Source: Macrostomum lignano (lineage: Eukaryota). Taken from it: a DNA stretch of 35,416 nt. Below, piece after piece: positions 32,576 to 35,416 of the stretch. Positions within the stretch are counted from its first letter, which is position 1, and every line of letters begins with the position of its first letter. The DNA is taken from contig NIVC01000715.1 in assembly GCA_002269645.1 (NCBI GenBank), positions 1-35,416 of the forward strand, in the 5' to 3' direction. The notes under the pieces are model-generated. The model was not told where the DNA came from. It did no database searches and was given only the letters and a program-made list of their open reading frames with translations. A program made the position numbers and the translations under genes.

Positions 32576-33465
32576 TGTTAGACTTCTACTCCTCGGGTTC
32601 TTGAAGGTGTTCCTAGAAAATAGAACCCGCTGCTCCTGAAGAAGCTAGATAGCACCGCAGTACTACCTATCGATTTGCCTGAAAATGAACCTAAAACGTT
32701 AGTCGTGACTTGGTAGGGTTGCTGCCACCTTGGTGTGCGGACTCGACGCGTCGGCAGAGTTGTCTATCCGTCACCTGAAATAAAATAACAAAGTCGCTCG
32801 GAGCAAAGGCAAATCTGAAAAATGTCTCGACAGTCGATCGTCTTAGTAGAATGCTGCTCGAACCTGAAAACCTGTAAAACCTGAAATGAGAGAGGAGAGC
32901 TCGGAGGCAGAGAGGCAGCTCCGGTCGAGCCCAAGACAGGACGACGCGATCTGGAGAAAAATGGCTCGCAGATGCTCCGTATTTATAGCCGAGCGGACCC
33001 CCAAAAGTCACGTGAGTTTCATGCGGTGAGCGCGTGAAACTTCCTTATTTGGTCACTAAAATCATGCGAGCCAACTTCCAAATAAGGCAAGCCTGTCACG
33101 CAGCAGTGGCGTACTCAAGGTCAGTGGCCACGCACCGCGTGCGTGCACAGTCACGTGCTTATTCTGTGCTAAAAATAGAACTTGGGCGGATGAGTCATCC
33201 TGTTTACTCCCTCTAGGCAGCCCTTACACTCCGCGCAGGTGATGAGTCATCCTGCTACGCCTCCTCAGCGCGTGTGGGAAGACATTGAGTGTGGCTGCCC
33301 GCGCCTGCTCAGGCGATGAGTCATCGGGCAGTAAACACTTAGGCCCAGCACTGGGTAACTCTCTCACTAGATCAGGTGGACTGAGCTACTGTGCAGCGGA
33401 TCACAGCACTCTCAGGGAAAGCTAGTGAATGCTGCTGAATAACCAGTTAGCAGCCAGTCACTACA
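32576..33465 (-). mobile_element. Solo LTR (890 bp), probably Ty3/Gypsy-type
   Basis: TG...CA termini (TGTTAG.../...CTACA); 4-bp direct repeat ATAG on both flanks (32572-32575 and 33466-33469); internal TATA/Inr on the minus strand with enhancer-like motifs upstream. Confidence 0.7.
32958..33325 (-). promoter_or_regulatory. LTR U3-like promoter: TATAAATA (32987-32980), Inr-like CCATTTT (~32962), two AGTCACGTG E-boxes (33006, 33149), three GATGAGTCATC AP-1/GCN4 sites (33189, 33241, 33315)
   Basis: Motifs read directly; function inferred. Confidence 0.55.
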
Positions 33466-34616
33466 ATAGATATATGCATCTTTTTCGCGAGACGATGACT
33501 ACTTATAGTAATATCAAGAAGACCGGGAAAGAGTTAAGACCTAAAACTGGTAAATTTGGCTCAAGATCTGCATGCACGTCAACAACAAATTAGAACAGAC
33601 TGAAGGAAACAGCAATTCGTTAGTGCTTTGAGTGTTCCAGGCAAGCATTCAACCACTCAGTCACTACGGTTGCAGGCTCAATATTTTGAGGGAGGGAGGC
33701 TAACCTGTAATCAGCCTTTTCTAATTAGTCAGTCTCACGGAAAAAAAATCGTCAATAATTACATGTACATGCAAAATACACGTATATGTATAGTCGATAG
33801 GTGGCTAAATTGTGGTATTGACCTTTTCAAACAACGACACGTCTCTGCCACGTCTTTTGGGCAAGAGACTTTTTAGAGTTTTCGCGCTCTTTCCGCTCAC
33901 ATTTTGTTTTAGCACGAATGAGCATCTCACTCACTCGTACACCGAAAGAAAGAATAAAGACTCTAATTTCAACCGAAGAAGATACACTAATACCGACTAC
34001 CCGAGCTAGGAATATTTAGTTTTCTTCTCCGTGAATCCGTGGTAGTCGTAGCGGCTACTCATAGTAACACCTCTAGGATTTACTAATGGAAATCCTAAAA
34101 TTCTGTGCTAGAATACAATTTTTCAGCAAGGCAAATGTAATTCGAGAAGTATTTACTGTTTTGAAATCGACTAGGACCGCTCAGCTACAGCCACTGCTAC
34201 TCTCTTCATCTAAACGTGAAAAACTCAGCAGACAGAGCCATTATCAACACAGCCTTTGTTTTAATCCATAAGTTATTCTGCGCAAAGTTTAAACTTTAAA
34301 ACTTTATCGCCAAACTTAGTTAACCAAAACCCCACCAGCAAACACCGGTCTGTGTTTAAATTTGGAGAACTAAATGTTGTGCTCGGAAGGATACATTTAT
34401 TTATCAAGTTAGACTATAAAAACCACAGTCTAACTTAAATTCAAAACCCCCGTCCTCAAAATTGTCGTTGAACGAGGGAGGCAGACATCAAATTGTCGAA
34501 AAAAACATTGAAGTGACAAGAGAAACCATATAGTCACAGTCCTTGACCTTGTTCCTAAGAATTGAGCCTCAAAAATTAAACACAGCTTTCAGTTAAGCCT
34601 AAACCGTAAGTCAAAA

Positions 34617-34661
34617 ATGCCTAGAATCAACATCAAAGGAGGTGTATGGCGAAACAGTGAG
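34617..34661 (+). CDS. CDC5L: Exon 1 of cell division cycle 5-like (Prp19/NTC splicing factor, Myb repeats); the gene continues beyond the window
   Basis: ATG...GAG|GTAAGT encodes MPRINIKGGVWRNSE, matching the conserved CDC5L/Cef1 N-terminus (MPRIxIKGGVWRNxE); strong splice donor. Confidence 0.85.
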
Positions 34662-35416
34662 GTAAGTTACTGAATTTAGTATTTGGTTTTTTTACTCTTA
34701 TACTTGATAATTAAGATACTTACAATGTTTTCATTTTTTTAATGATAGTGGCCTTAAGTTTAGTGGGCCTTTTATAAATTATTTTTATTAGGTCTCTTAG
34801 GCTCTACTTTTGGCTTTTGTCCAGTCCTAAATTAAAATGTTTTTGCATTGCATCTATTTCTATAGGGCTGTTATTCATACCATAAGTAGAGGCCTTAGTG
34901 AAAGTTTGAATTTTAAACTATAATTATGATATTTTCAGGATAAGTAAGATTTTGAAATTGCACTATGAAATTGAAAAAGTGGGTGCATTTAGGTGTAGTC
35001 CCATAACCTATTTTTCTTTTTAACCCTCATAATTTGCCATAGTCAGGAAGGTGGCAGAGTGTGCGCCGGAACAAATTTTGGCCTCTCCCAAAATTGTGCG
35101 CCGTGCGCCGACACAAAAACCCTCGTGTGCGCCGTTGTGCGCCCGCCACTACCTGCCTTGCGACAATAAAAGACCTTTTTTTACAACATAGCAACAATTT
35201 TTGTGCGCCAATATACGGGACGGTTACGGGCTATCTATATTATATATGAGAAATTGAGATCATTAAACGCGAAAATAGAAATTTAAAAAAATTTAATTTA
35301 ATTTCTAATTTTAAAACAAAACAAACATAAAAAGTAAGCAAATGGCAAAAAAAGGTAAAAAGGAAAAGGAAACTATTTATTTTATTTTATTTTTTATTTT
35401 TTGGTAGAATGCAGTG

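Noticed and set aside
32636-32660. CTGAAGA-AGCT...AGC as a hammerhead core
   Set aside because: No downstream GAAA or cleavage triplet

Overview
Eukaryotic (invertebrate metazoan) genomic DNA with spliceosomal introns, GC-rich exons and very abundant simple repeats. A free-living flatworm such as Macrostomum is plausible, but this is inference only. Bases 1-13.7 kb are an (ATCT)n microsatellite field interrupted by two inserts: two copies of a ~430-bp B-A-B cassette, and a 9.1-kb head-to-tail array of a ~1.62-kb unit. Each unit carries a minimal type I hammerhead ribozyme (6 in total), nested 255-bp subrepeats with twin identical-loop hairpins, and a long low-complexity ORF; it resembles an unusually large Penelope-associated retrozyme. 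Bases 13.7-17.5 kb hold transposon relics: a CORE-type tRNA-SINE, a possible LINE endonuclease relic, and a tyrosine-recombinase fragment lacking its catalytic Tyr. Next come GC-rich minisatellites, a class A peptide GPCR (-), a two-TM NIT-like receptor guanylyl cyclase (-) with a substituted metal-binding Asp, a 3-exon GT32 DXD glycosyltransferase (+), an 890-bp solo LTR with a 4-bp TSD, and exon 1 of CDC5L. Most ORFs in the supplied track are artefacts of stop-free repeats. All family assignments come from motif recognition by eye; no database searches were run.
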